Assembly (NCBI GenBank): GCA_023213395.1
Contig: CM041465.1
Coordinates: 183,341,741-183,405,740 of the forward strand
Length of the DNA stretch: 64,000 bases
Reading direction: 5' to 3'
From: Cycas panzhihuaensis
Taxonomy: Eukaryota; Plantae; Cycadophyta
Shown in pieces: positions 34,585 through 49,200 of the stretch. Positions within the stretch are counted from its first letter, which is position 1. Every line of letters starts with the position of its first letter. The notes below the pieces were generated by a model, which searched no databases, was not told the origin of the DNA, and worked only from the letters and a program-made list of their open reading frames with translations. The position numbers were made by a program, and so were the translations under genes.

Positions 34585-37500
34585 CTAACCTTTATCTTGA
34601 AACATTGATTCTCCTTCAAAACTAAGTCCCAAATGTGCACGAATCTTCAAAAACCGATCTTCAGTAAGAGCCTTGGTGAACACGTCGGCAAGTTGCTCCT
34701 CACTTGGACAATATTCAACCTGCATCTTCCCCGATCTAATCAACTCACAGATGTAGTGGTGCTGGATTTCTATGTGCTTTGTACGTGCGTGAAACTCTGG
34801 ATTCTTTGAAAGTCGGATAGCACTTTGATTATCACAATGAATAACTGGAATGCTAGATGATACACCAAGTGTCTCCAAAAGTCCCTACAACCATACAGCT
34901 TCCCTTGCACCAACACTTAAACTTTGGTACTGCTCAGAGATGACAAGGCCACGGTAGATTGCTTTTTGGATTGCCAAGAGACAAATCCATTTCCTATGCC
35001 AAAAATATATCCTGCAGTTGATTTTCGGTCTTGATTCTCCGCCCAATCAACATCTCAGATACCCATACAATTTTGCCTTTCCACCACGAAGGTATTCAAG
35101 GCCAAGATTAAGTGTACCCTTAATATACTTCAAAATCCTCTTGGTTGCATTCAAATGTGGCTCTTGGGGATTTTGCATAAAGCGAGACACTAATCCAACA
35201 AAGATAGGCAATATCAGGTCTAGTATGAGTAAGATAAATCAAACTTCCTACTAATTGCCGATACAATGTCCCATCTACAGTTGGTTTATCCATGTTCTTC
35301 TTAAGCTGTGTGCCTTTCACACATGGTGTTTTAGCCGGTTTGCAATCCTTCAATCCGAATTTCTCAAGTAGGGATTGAGCATACCTTGTCTGCAACATCA
35401 TGATACGATCTTTCATCTGCCTAATCTCGATGCCCAAAAAATGATGGAGAGGACCAAGATCATCATATCGGGTTATGACCCAAAAAGGTCTTTGTATCTG
35501 CAATTGTCCTGCTACAATTTCTTGTAATGATAAGGTCATCCACATACAAAATAGTAAGAACAATCGAAGATCCTTTCTTTCTAATATAAAGACTTGGTTC
35601 ATAACCTGTTGTTACAAAACCATCAGCTTTTAATCTAGCATCAATCTTCTCGTACCAAGCACGTGGTGCTTGTTTTAGGCCATAAAGAGATTTCTTCAAT
35701 CGACACACTAAATGCTCCTGTCCTTTCTTCACGAACCCTGGAGGTTGGGCCATGTAAATCTCCTCCTTCAAATCTCCATGAAGAAAAGCGGACTTTATGT
35801 CCATTTGATGTAACACCCAACCAAAAGTAGTTGCTAAAGCAAGGATCAAACGGACCGTTGAAATCTCAGAGACCGGTGCAAAAGTCTCTTCATAATCGAT
35901 CCCTTCTTTTTGTTTAAAACCTTGAGCTACAAGTCTAGCTTTATACTTGTCTACTTCACCATTGGGGTGATACTTTACCTTGTAGACCCACTTGCAGCCA
36001 ACCAGGTTCTTTGAGGGAGGAAGTTGAACTAAATCCCATGTATGGTTCTTCATAAGAGAACCAAATTCTTCCTCCATCGCGGATCTTCCTTCGCTTCGTC
36101 AAACGAGATGAAGTCGCTGGTGTTCATCACTAAGACTTGACTGGCGTGTTGACTCCTTGTCCTTCGACCATCTTCTAGATTCTCAACCGTCACTCCTGAG
36201 TCTTCAATGGTTCTTTTTGCCCACAATGGAACACGAGGTGTAGATCGTGTTTCAATCTGTGACGGGTCCTCAGTATAACTTCCACTTGGTCCTGCATCAA
36301 AAACATTCTACAGGACAGACTCGTGTACCTATAAATCTGTAGAATCACGACTCAGAAAGGGTAGAAGTGGAGGATAAAATACATCTTCAGATGATCTGTC
36401 AACACGATACGTCAAAGACTCGTCAAACTTAACATCCCGACTAATCAAGATTTTTCCCCCTCACGGATCCCAAAGTCTATAAGCCTTACTCTCAGATGAG
36501 TACCCCACAAAAATACACTTTAAACTCTTGGGATCCAATTTCTTTGATTTTCGTCTGGGATGTGTGCATAGGCAATGCACCCAAATACCTTAAAATAATT
36601 AATGGAAGGTTTCTGACCGGTCCAACATTCTTCGGGGGTAATGCCACGAATAGCAAAAGTAGGTACCCTATTCAAAATATGAATCATTGCCGCCACACGC
36701 CCAAAATTTGGGAGGCAAATTCTTACCATGCACCATGCACCTCGCCATTTCCATTATGGTACGATTTTTCCTTTCTGCTACACCATTTTGCTGTGGGATA
36801 TATGGAACAGTAAATTCCCGCTTAATACCATTGGCAAGACAAAGCTGATGAAAGGCATTGTTATCATACTCCTTTCCATTATCACTTCTTAATTTCTTGA
36901 TCTTCAAACCACATTCATTTTCAACACAAGTTTTCCATTCACAAAATCTATCAAATACATCAGACTTATTCTTCAAAAAGAAAACCCAAGTTTTTCTGCT
37001 GAAATCATCTACAAACGCTAGTACATAGCGAGCTCCAGAGATAGAAGGATTTGACAATGGACCCATTAGATTAGTATGAACAAATTCAAGTTTCTCTTTT
37101 GCCCTCCATGCATTATCTCTAACAAAAGGATAACGATGAGGTTTTCCATACATACATCCTTCACAAGCACCCTTTGAACATTGAATATGAGGCAAACCAA
37201 TTACCATCTTCAATCGGTTCATTAAATTGATGCTACCATAGTTTAGATGACCCAATCTTTCATGCCACAACTTACTCACATCATCAGCACTAGCAATGAA
37301 GATATAAGAATCCTGTTAGGTTTTAAAAGACTCAAACACCCAAAAATTATCCTGTACTTTCCCAGTAGCAACAATGGAGAAGTGTTTCTTTGGATCTCTA
37401 ACTAAGCATTTATCATTGTAGAGCTCTATTTTCATACCTTGCTTGCAGATTTCCCAGGCTGAGAGAAGATTAAGCTTCATTTGAGATACATAATAGACAC

Positions 37501-38521
37501 CATCAAATTTTCCACCTGCAAGTGAAATGGTTCCAATACCTTCTACAGGCAAAACACTGGCATCTCCAAGAATCACATTAGCATCAATTGAACTTGTATC
37601 TAAGGCATCAAAAATATGCTTTTGATGGGTGATGTGTTTTTGAACACCTGAGTCTAAGATCCAATAATCTTTCTTTTCAGATGACATTGTAGATACCCGA
37701 ATACAATGTGCTGCAACACTTTTCCCCTTATCATCTCGGCTTACCTTGCGCTTGTCCCATTTCTTGATCCAACAGTTTCTTTCCCTGTGACCATCTTTCT
37801 TGCAGTAGTTGCACCTTCCCACTGACTTCTTCTTTTCATGAGAGGTCTCACCAATCTTCTGTGTAGACTTGTTTTCGTGGAATAAATCCTTCTTCTGTGT
37901 CTTCATTATCAAGGCCTAATTTGAAACTGAACCACCAAGCATCCCATGATGCTTCAATTTGGCATCTTCAGCTAAGATCAGATTTTTTAAGGACTCGAAA
38001 GACTCACCTTCCATGGCTTCATCACTCCCATAAACTGTCTAAAAGGTGGCAAATGCAACTGGTGACTTTGACATAATAATGGCAAACAGCAAGGCATCAT
38101 CTATTGAGTTTGATTTCAATTCATCCAACTTATTTCTCAAATCAGTAATCTTGTTTAAGAATGCACTAATGTTGTTTTCGTCTTCAAATTTTACACTCAA
38201 TAATTCCATCATGAGGGCAACCTGACGATTTGTCTTCTTTTTCTCAAAAGTCTCACATAGCTTGGTCCATATTTCATTCGGAGTTTCAAGCTTGTGCACT
38301 AAAGCCCTTTGATCGGGAGCCAAAGACAGTTTAAGTAACCCAACAGCCATAACTTGTCTCTCTTCAATACATACATGCTCTTTTCCATCCAAGGGCAGGC
38401 TTAACAAGGGTGACTTAGTGATTCCCCATAACTAATTTACCATTAAAACGAGTTTCATGTGTGCTTTCCACTCATTAAAATTGTTTCCATTAAATGTAAC
38501 TAATGGTGCAAGCTTGTCCAT
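34585..38521 (-). pseudogene. Frameshifted copia gag-pol of element H
   Basis: gag MDKLAPLVTFNGNNFNEWK; CCHC CNYCKKDGHRERNC; protease WILDSG; GAG-pre-integrase LWHERLGH; IN SDNGKEY..PQQNGVAER; RT QMDIKSAFLHG, LYVDDL; RH HCDNQSAI..ARTKHIEI. Confidence 0.93.
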
Positions 38522-39259
38522 GATCGAATTAAATGGTAATATGACTCGGAGATTCAACTAACTTAAACTCCCCTCCAACCAAGCACCTTAAAATCCGAAA
38601 AAAAAAAGAACTTCAAAAGTCTGATATTAAAAATAATCTTAAATCATTCCAATCTTCAGTTGTTTCCAAGTCACCCAAATGTACTCTCAAATAAAAAATG
38701 CTTCACGTATTCAAATAATGAGAGTAACATTCCATATGCATATCTGCAACGAATAACTGTAAGGCTGATAACTCAGTAGATGATCGCAATACTTCTGAAC
38801 CGTCAATCAATCCATCAACGTCAACACCGTGCAACACTTCTAGTGCAATTGTCCCAAAGACGCATCAAAGTATATGGAGGCTAGAATATAGAATACAAGA
38901 GTGTATATCTATAGAAACCCAGATGTGGTATATATACAAACTGACACGAGGATAACTAATGCAAAAGAAGTTTACAAAGTTGTATATGGGGCCCACTACA
39001 TAGACTGAAAATAACGACAAAAAATGCAACATGCAAGTAATGGTTGTATAGCGATCATAAATCTAAGATGAATAATGAAACCGCAAAGACGTTAATGAAT
39101 ACAAAGACGTCATTGACAGAAAATGAAAACCTCAATAAATAATTAGCGTGGAAAACAGCAAAAGACTTGCAAGAAACAACACACGCTTATGCTATTAAAT
39201 GCTGAACGCTGATTCATTATGTATATACCCAGTTATTAAGACGTGATTACCGTGAAAAC

Positions 39260-39900
39260 GGCGTATATACAAGGAGGCGCGAACATCTAAAACTCAACGT
39301 ATATACAAACGCAAACCAGATGTATACGCCGGTAGACGCGAGCATCTAGAAGACAACGCAAACACAGACGTATACGCAGTGCAAGCTTTTAAAAGACAGC
39401 GTATATACACACGGATGCGAACCTCAAAAACCACGAACAGTGTATATACAGGCAGACGTAAACTCCAGAAACGTCTGCAGAAATCGCGTATATACAGACA
39501 CGCAAATACAGAACAACGTATATACAGCAGATGTGAACGGCAGAAATTGCATATATACAGACATGCAAATATAGAACAACGTATATACAGCAGATGTGAA
39601 TGGCAGAAATTGCGTATACACAAACGCGTGAACACGAACAACGTATATACAGCAGACGTGAACGGCAGAAATCGACTATATACAAACGCGCGCACACGAA
39701 CAACGTATATACAGTAGACGTGAAGGGCAGAAATCGAGTATATACAAACGCGCGAACACAGACAGCGTATATACAGAGAGACGCCAACAGTGTAAACTCA
39801 AAAAAAAACACAAACAGCGTATACACAAACAACGAATATTCAAAGAGACACCAACAACATATACTCAGAGAAACCGTGAACAGCGTATACACAAAGAAAA
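39260..39900. repeat. Tandem array in the leader of H: 62-63-bp units, each with two GTATATAC-type palindromic cores
   Basis: Unit starts at 39481, 39544, 39607, 39669 and 39731; degenerate copies on both sides; CpG-rich. Confidence 0.9.
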
Positions 39901-42035
39901 TGTGATACAAAGAGAGACGCGAACTTCGAAAAATGCGTGGAAATATGCAATATGGATAGATAAAAATGCATATATTATATGCAAACACCAAACACACTAG
40001 TGTATATGCAATTAAAACCGACACAATTAAGAAACTACAACTATACACAAAGATGCATGTAAATATTAACAGCAATATGTGTGCAGGAAATGAGAGTGAT
40101 TGGGTGTTACAATCAAAATATCACAACTTTGGTCTGGCCAGATACCAAAATTGAGAATAAGATAACCATAAACACAGCATACTGAAGATTTAGGCTTTTA
40201 TAACACGAACAAGAAGGAAAACTTGAATATGTAGAGGATACAACACAATAAGGACAACTGGGCAAGAGAGTTAGGAAGGAAAAACGGAAGAGTACCTATT
40301 AGATGAGGCCGCAAGGGGCGTATGAAGCAATTTCAACGGCAAATCACCTCTGAATTCTTTTCAAACGTCAAAGGGGGCTGCACAAACTCTGCACGATATC
40401 AAACTTCCTTCTAAACGTCCAGCAATCGGATCAGGACATCATGTGGCTCACCCGGCGGGAAACGAATACACACGATATCCGGCGGGAAACGCTCTGATAC
40501 CATGTTAAAATCGGGAGCAGAACCATATCAAACGTACACACCAAATGCAGAAACGAATACACACGATATCCAGTGGGAAAAACCCACCTTAGAACAATCG
40601 ATTACATTGATCCAGAAAGCATAAGAGTACAAGGATGTCTTTGGATATATATAGATCCATAAGACTCCAAAATAAACAACCGTCGGCCCCAAGAAATAAT
40701 AATAAAGATATGTGCTTAATATTTACATTAGTCGGGTATTGTTTTTAACACAACAGAATGTGAATGATAGTTAGATCGATGGAACAAACAGAAGGGAACA
40801 GTTAGTACAGAACATAATAGTTAGTGGAAAACACAAACAACTACAACAGAAATTGTACGTCACATCTGTACAGTTGTACAGAATGATGAACGTCCCTAAT
40901 TAACAGTTTATCATGCACTAATGGCATTTGTTATGAAAAGATCAAAGGACATTTATAAAAGGTCGCACCCTTTTGTATCTAAGGCACCATTTAAGGGTAT
41001 AAATAGGTCATTTCTCACCCTATTTTGGTGTGGGACTGCAGTCACTTAATCACAGGCAATGGTCCTTGTTGACCGGTGTTTCTATACCCTCCAAGAGTAT
41101 GCAATCTGCAATGAAAGTGACTGAGGTCTGCGAATTGTTCTAGTTTAGCAATATAAAAACACTAGACAGCCAAGAGCAACTAGCCCTTCGCCTATAAGGG
41201 GCAACTCCCTTTCTTTATATACAAACTCAAGTCACACCCTATCTACAATATGTTTAGATACACAGAGGTTCATTGGTTTTGAGTTTTCTGTGATTTTGAA
41301 AGAGTATTTTGAAATGAATGTGACGTTCTAACATGAAAATGAATATGAAAAGAACTAAATGGATAATGGCAAGAGACGTTAAACGAAAAGATCCAGACTC
41401 AGAAGTCGAGATTAAAATGATAGTCTTATAATTCATTCAACAGGAAACAATCAAGCATGAACATTATATATCACAATTGCATATACATTCTTCCATTCAC
41501 CATATGCACTAGCCAGAATAACAAAGATGTATTATAATTTCCAAGTTTTATACACAATTCCAATGAACAAGACCTTAAGTGATTGTCATATGGTCTACAC
41601 CAAATGGCCCAAAACCTTAGTATTGACAAGGTGCCATGCAACCCCACTCTTTGCCATGGATTGACACCTGGGTCTATCTCGTGACTAAGACTCAATTCTG
41701 AAGAATGCAAAGTCAAAGGACAACAAAAAGAATGCACATTAGAAAGAAGAAAGATGGGTATGACAAGTAAAACTAGGGAAAGACAAAGGGAAAAAGAAAG
41801 AAAAAGAGAATAGAAGCAAAATTGCAACTATACCGGTCAGACCAGGCAATAACCCTCTTTTATGTTTACTCCTCTGCTTATTTGTAGTCGATGTTAAAGC
41901 ATAACCATCTCAAAACTATTCCAACTAACTTGGAACCACTAAAATCGCTAAGTCGGTTTTTCATTGTTGGCTTGAGCTCCTCTAAAATTACGCAACTGAT
42001 GTTGGATGAATAAACCCAATAGCTACTTGGAAGCT

Positions 42036-45000
42036 TGATGTGGATCTCCTATGAATGAATGTGTAAACTAGAGATGCAGAAGCATTTGAAGAGAGCATTC
42101 ACATCAAGCAAATGGACACCAAGATTTCTTCAATCAGACTTGTATGAACAAGCACCTTAAAAAAAGTAAAAATCTCATGAGAATGAGAAGAGAAAAGCAC
42201 ACACATAGGGGATGTACAATTAAAAGGAGGAGCATGTTTATATACAAAAGCACCTCGAAAGAAAGAAAAACCCTAATGTTAGAAATAGCCTCAAATAATT
42301 AGGCAAACCTAAAGTCATGAGCTTAGGTTACCTTTACAATCATGAGGCAAATTAATTAATACATGTGTCTATGTACGTACTTTAGAAGAGGTATATAAAA
42401 GTACAAAGGGAGCTCATAAACATAACCCAAAATCATTTGAATAAGCCTCATCATTTCCTCCTTGCTTAGGAGGAAAGTGTCCCACTTTCGAGGCACTAGG
42501 AAGGCCTGAACCTGTATCAATAGATGAAGAAGTTGGATGCTTGGAATCTAGGTGTCAAATGCTCTTAAATTGTAGTAAATGGGGAAAATAGCGATGCAAA
42601 GTTGTTTGAGATAGCCATTTAGCTTGCAAAGGCAAGCTACCTCATGTACTCACCAAATAGAACATCAATTGTTGTTGTCAGCCATAGGTACAAAACTGAA
42701 GGATCATGTCAGTCGATAGAGGGATGTGGGAGCTATTTGCCTGTGGAATAGGAGCAATATGAGCAAGGCCTCCTCCCTGCTTAACAATACAATTAGTGGC
42801 ATGTACTACAAAAGAACCTAGAGAGGATGAAAGTATGGAAGTTAAACCATGGGGGTGATGAAAAACCTCCCACATACCTCTCAATGAAGAAGATGCCATG
42901 GATGAAAGAGGATTGACAATCAAGTCCTATGAAGGCAACGAAGCTAGAAGGCTTAGACCAATCGAAGCTACCGTATCTACTACTACCAGTGTGCACATCA
43001 AATATGGAAGACAAGTAGCAGGTTGCTCTTACTGATGTGCATGTCATGGACGTGGTGATGATTGAGCTTAATAGCTTGTGAATCTGGCATGGATAGAGAA
43101 GAGGGCCCAAACTGAAGCTCGTATATCTTATGATCATTGTGCAACCGGTAGGGGTGATGGAAGGCATCATATTAAGTGGCCCTGTAGAACTAGTAGGGCT
43201 TCCCTAAGATAAGCTATCAACAATCTATTAGAATCACACACGTAAATGATGGAATCAATGAGAGGCAACACGAAAAATATGACTCTACAAATCCTATCTA
43301 CTAATGTGCACAAACCTCCCTAATGAACCCAACCAAAATAGTATGGTGAAGGGTGTAACTGTGTGGGGAGGCCCAAATTGGTGACCAACTGTGTTCAGAT
43401 AAGATTTTGTTGGCTACCATTGTTCAGAATGCATGAAACAACCTGATTCTTCACCTAACATGGATGGGTGAAGAGAGCCTCATGATCAAGTGTGGCCTGA
43501 TGTTTGGTCATAATGAGCAAATTATGATCTGACTATGAAAGAGAAACACACTAAAAGACCCCATTTGCTGCCAAACCCTCATGTCCAACCAAAGTAGTGG
43601 ATTGTGTGTGCTCTTATTGTATGTGACATTCCTCATTGGAATAACGAAATGACTTATGGAAGTCATAGTATTTCTGCAAAGCTTTGCCCTTGCTTGTCGC
43701 AAAAGAGGAACTAGCACCCTACAAGGAACCCATGTATCTTGTCGTTGTTGAGGATGTGTGTACCTAGGTTGAGCCCGTTGTGGGGGGCTTTGTGAAGCCT
43801 AGCAAGAAAAGCATCTAACATGCATGCGATTTTCAACCTTAAGAGCATACGAGAAAGCCTGGGCTAGAGAGGGAATGGTGAACAGGCCCAACTCCTCCTG
43901 AACAGAGGGGATTAGAACCAAAATGAATTTGATATGATCAGAATCCAAATCTATGATCTCCAAAGTGGTGGCCAATTTGTGGAATTAGTCAATGTATCAC
44001 TACATTGAATGGCTAGGAAGTTGTCTCAAACCATATCATTGTGCCTTAAGTTTATCCTTGTAGTCCAAAGGATAAAATCAATCCTTCAATGCTTGCTTCA
44101 TGGATGGCAATGCGGTGATGGATGGTTGAGCATGAGCTTGGTGTGTCTGCCACCATAGAAAGGCCCGGTCCTGCATATGAATCTCCACATCAATGATCTT
44201 GTCAGCATTTGTAAGCACCTATGACTTGAAGAAGGCCTCAAGACTATGTAACCAACTGTTTAATCTATTGGCACTGAGAGCACCATCTAACTTTGAGATA
44301 GTGAGCCTAGCATCTAGCTTAAAGGCTAGTTGTTGGATGGGGATGGCATGAAGAGGATGCCAAGGACCTTGATGTTGTTGCTAGAGCAAAAGATCTTAGA
44401 ACATTTGCGTCATGTTATTCATGAGGTCCTGCTGAGCTACACGATCAACTTGTCCCAACTCGTGCATGGCTTTTTTGTCGGCTTGTCCAATGGCTCTAAA
44501 CTCTTGAGCCATGAACTATAGCATATCCATGCGTGCAGTCCCAATAGAAGAGGCATCTTCCTCTTCTCGAAGAGTGAATGGATAGCCTTCCTCTGCCACA
44601 TGGGAGAGTAACATGTAACAAAAAAATGCCCAAGTGATAAAAATCCACAGAAAGATGGCTTGAAAATGATTAAGAATTAATGAAAAAAACTCAAAATCAC
44701 TTATCTAGCAACTGAAGGTGCTTGTATGCGCCAAAAAGGACTTCCATGCATCATGCAAGTGCTTGCATACGGTCTAAAGTGCATGTGGAGGCCTTAAACA
44801 AACCATTAGACCACCTATTGTAATGAAAATGAAGCATGCAACAAAAATTTCAATGATAAGCTCGTGTGTTGAGTAGTATGCAACAAGTTCTAAGCCTATA
44901 AGTTAGTATGCAGCACTGTAGACAGGCTGATGAAATGTCAAACAGTGAAAACTAGAGTAGAATTGGAGCACTAGAGGCTAAAAAGGACTTGAAACTCCAA

Positions 45001-46263
45001 AAAGGCACAAAAAATGGAGGGTATACCACCAATGGAATATGCCAAATGAATTTTTTTTGCAAACCTTAACAAAATCATTTGTTTTGTTTTTTTTTCAAGA
45101 AAACTCTGTGCATGCATTTGCAATTTTTTTCGTTCAAATTTTTTATGTTTATGATTTTTGTTTGACTTTCTTCAGCTTGGGGTCATTTGAGGGCATTTGT
45201 TTTCAAGTTTCGTCTGATTCCGATTTGTTTGATGTTCTCATTCTCTAGACATCCACTTTGTCATGAGCATTTGTGGGCTACAATGTTGAGATGTTCGTCG
45301 TGTCGTGTTATAAACAGAAATCATCTATCATCTATGATGGTGACCTCTCCACGAAATTTCCATCAAATAGTGTTATCAACTTGAAGCTCAATTGTGTGTC
45401 AAACTAGACCAAATGAAAGATGAGAGTGTCATTAGCAGATCTCACACACTGTGGTACCTCACTAATCTTCGACCTGGCTACCATGAACTAGCACAAACAG
45501 TTTCTTTAATGCATGAACAACCGATTCCTGCCCTTAAACTATCATGATCCTAGCTTGCTTTTGACATCTCACAAATGTGTAAACTTTGTTCAAATGCCCA
45601 CGAACATGCACAAACTCTTGAGTTGTCTATGAGCCAACCATGCTTGACTGTGCTTGGTAGATGCACTCTCGTTGGGAAGTGCGTGGGCTAGGCATGTCTA
45701 CTCCTCCAAAGGACAATGTGATGTGTTCAATCATAGTGGTGATGCATGAGTGCTCTAAATGAGGAGGTTGCTCATGGGCTCTTGTAAATCAATGAAAATC
45801 AATGAATCAACTATATAGGTTGATGCAAGTCCCTTATTTTGGCTCTATTTCCAATTGGTGTGGATCTCTTGTGAATGAACATGTAAACCAGAGATGCAAA
45901 AGCATTTGGAGAGACAATTCACATCAAGTAGATGGACACTAGGATTTCTTCAATTAGACTCATATGAACAAGCACCTTGAAAAAATTAAAAACCTTATGA
46001 GAATGAAAAGAGAAGAGCACACACGTAAGGAATGTACAATTAGAAGGAGGAGCGTGTTTATATACAAAAGCTCCTCAAAAGACAAATGCTAAAAACATCG
46101 TCACTTAAATAATTAGGTAGACATGTAGTCATTAGCTTAAGTTACCTTTACAATGATGAGGAGAATTAATTAATACGTCTCTGTATGTACTTCACAAGAG
46201 GTACATAAAAGCACAAAGGGGGCTCATAGACATAACCTAGAATCATGTGAATGGGCCTCATCC
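42036..46263 (-). mobile_element. Old non-autonomous Ty3/gypsy element I (gag + chromodomain-like tail, no RT/IN core)
   Basis: LTRs 42036-42453 and 45856-46263; TSD AAGCT at 42031-42035 and 46264-46268; degenerate PBS 45842-45853. gag remnant SKLDGALSANRLNSWLHSLEAFFK..HMQDRAFLWWQ..FYPLDYKDKLKAQ at ~44000-44300; CCHC relic at ~43470-43520. Confidence 0.85.
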
Positions 46264-46268
46264 AAGCT

Positions 46269-49200
46269 TATGCGCTTTTCTCAAATCGAATTTAATTTGG
46301 GCTATTCTCTTTTAATATACTCCTTTAACTCCATGTATGTCTACCAATGCTTGATATACTACTTAATATCAACATTGTCTTTAAGCAAATCCCTGTGCAA
46401 CCCATCTCCATTGGCTAGTTGTAACTGTCTAAGAAATTCAGCTTTGAACACAAGGATTCCTTCATTAATGATCATGGAGAATTTATTTTTGTGGAGTAAG
46501 GTTATTAAGCCTTTAGATAATGGGCCCAATTGTTCATCAAACAATTGATTTATATCTTCTACAAAGATGTAGAATTAACATGGGATTTATCAGAAACTTG
46601 CTCCCATCTTCTATAGAAGACCAAATCATGAAACAACATTGTTTGTTATTCTTTAATATTTTTTTGAAGATCCTTAAGCTCGCCCTAAATAACTTTGTTA
46701 AAAAGCTCCACGTAATCCTTTGCAATTTTTTTAATATTTTTTGTCATCTTCTAAAGTTTAATTATTTCATCCAAAAATCCCAACTAATTGAAGCTAATCC
46801 TACTTTATCCTCTACACTGTAACTTTGCAATTCATGAATGAATTGCTCCAACCTGGATGTCCAATTGAGTTGCATAGCCAAGTGTTCAACACTTTCTATT
46901 GCATCTTGTTGCAAGGGTTGAATCTATAGGGGTTCCTGAAGTTGCATTAGAGCGTCAAATTTAGCCCATAATTCATCTCTTTCCCATTTAATTTCCTAAA
47001 TCTCTTGTTTATTTTTGTCTAACTCTAGCTACAAAATTCACTTTCTCCTTTATTGCTTCTCCTACTATCAAACGAAAATCAATTAACTCTAATGTTATAT
47101 TTTCCTTCAATGGTAACTTTTGGATTTTAATATGCTTCTGCTTCTTGACCTATATAGTTTGAAAGGCTTTTTCATTTTTTTTCATATGTATAAAAAGTAA
47201 CCTCCATTAAGTCTAGATTGATTTCTATAAGAGCAAGTTCTCGACTTTTCCTTTTTTGCCATTGTTCTTTAATCCTAGGGTGAGTTGTGAGTGACATCTT
47301 CTTGCCAACAGAAAAGTTTGTTTCTTCATCAACAGAGGCCTTATCTCTTTAAGAAATGGTGCCTCCATAATCATTTGCTCCATCCCTTTCTGGGATACCA
47401 ATCTTTGTAGCCTAGAATTGAAGAAGAACCATTATTATCATCTTGAACTCTTGCTTCTACTACCTTATTTACAATTATTCCTATAGTGGGAGTAAATTTA
47501 GGATAAGAAGAATCAATATTTACTACCCCTACATATATGCGAAAAGCTCTAGAATTTCTATCAAGTGTTTCAACTTCTTTATTGAGTTATTCTAGGACAT
47601 TTGATTAGATAGGCTCATTTTGACTAATTCTAACCAAATCCTTTACTATAGCCATACCTATGTTTGCATTTAAAATTTGTTGTATAGAGGAATCATTTCT
47701 CAAATCATCAACACTATTTACACTAGGGATTTCTACCTCTTGGTCTTGGGATGCTTTCAAGATTCAAAGGATTTAAATTTTGTATTTCTTTATTGACTTC
47801 AAACAGAGTTGAATTTAATTCCTCTTCAATTAAAAATACTTTAGCTTGTGGAGAAGGAACGTTGTCACCATTCTTATCCTACAACCCTATGTCTAAAGCT
47901 TCATTTTCTTCAAAATATATATTATCTACATTTTTTCTTCTCAGACTTTTTTAATGAACTAATGGCTCTTCATTTTCACAAGCATCTTCTAATAAGTAAT
48001 CACCAATAATTGAACAAGAGATAAAATTCAGTGGGTTCACCTTTTTTGTATATGTATTTTCCTAAATAGGTGCTTGATTGACCTTTGTTCTTTTGGTCAT
48101 TTGCTTCACTCTTTTCTTTGGTTGCTCCTCTTTTTTTCTTGCCTGAGTGTTTTTTGAAAGTCATGTTTCACTTAGGCCAGCTTCATTAGAAGTACCTTGT
48201 CTAACCTACTTCTTAGAAACATTCATTAGCTTTTCTCCCTTAAGGTTCCTGAATTTATTAGCCTCATCAAGTTCTCCATACCTCTTCGACATTTCTAAAG
48301 ATGTCAGATATGCTAACACATGGTTGTCTAGATCATAATACCTTTCCTTGGACTGTCTTAACATTAGCATATGATATTCGATAGCCAACAAGTTCATGTC
48401 AATCTAATTGTTACACTTATAGGGTCCAACTACTACATCACTCCTTTGATATGGTGTTTTCTTATGTTTTATGTGCATTCTTTCATAAATGGAATATAGT
48501 TGCCTACATATTTCAATGAAACAAAACCTATCTAGTGAATGCCTAAGGAGATAAGATGCACATTCTACAAACTCATTTGCCCTTATGATAGTAATTTTCA
48601 AGGAGATAAAAATCTCCATCCCTCTTTCTGGCTTCACCTGCTAGTCATTTTTTGACCTCATCTCCAATTCTTTTAGGTTGATTTAAAGCCTTACAAATGG
48701 CTAAAAAGAATCTATCAACTATTGCATAAATGAAAATGGCTTGATTTGCTTTCCAAACTTTTGAACAATAGAATTACACACGCCTTCGTACATCTTTTTG
48801 TGTCTTATCTAGCATGAAAGCTAACCCAAGATCGGTAGATCCTAGAATGGCAAAAATCAAATGTGAAGTCATGTAAAAATTTTCACCTCTTTTGACACCT
48901 TCTAGTTGTGAAGTAATCGCATCGTTGATTATCTTCGTCCACTCTAACATTTTTCTATTTTACAAGACCAAATTAATTAAATAGGCAATTATTTGATCCA
49001 TTTTACTTGTGTCCTCTTTGCCAAAAATTTTGGCAATAAGAGCTACCTAACATTGAATTATTTCATTTAATTTATTTGTCGACACAGTTCTTTTCGCCTT
49101 TTGTTTAGGCACCACAATTATTCAACTAGAAATTATCTTGCCTAGTTTCTAATTTTTCTTTATGCCTCCTTTAACAATCTTCTCATTGAATTTTACATAT

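Larger units (their letters stand above)
34294..40750 (-). mobile_element. Full-length degenerate Ty1/copia element H with ~2-kb leader
   Basis: 248-bp LTRs 34294-34541 and 40503-40750 (about 9 mismatches); TSD CAACA at 34289-34293 and 40751-40755; perfect PBS 40491-40502; PPT 34542-34550. Confidence 0.96.
33725..41247 (+). mobile_element. Probable old solo LTR (about 1.07 kb net) interrupted by element H
   Basis: Starts TGTTAG, ends CTACA, TATA-like GGTATAAATAGG at ~40997. TSD is imperfect and boundaries are uncertain. Confidence 0.3.

Noticed and set aside
39260-39900. CRISPR-like regularly spaced repeats and overlapping ORFs (39294-40075)
   Set aside because: Spacers are themselves repeated, there are no cas genes, and the context is a eukaryotic retroelement leader. 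The ORFs are by-products of a stop-poor repeat.
41250-42030. 3' end/LTR of element L
   Set aside because: Probably L's 3' region, but no convincing PPT or LTR boundary could be identified.
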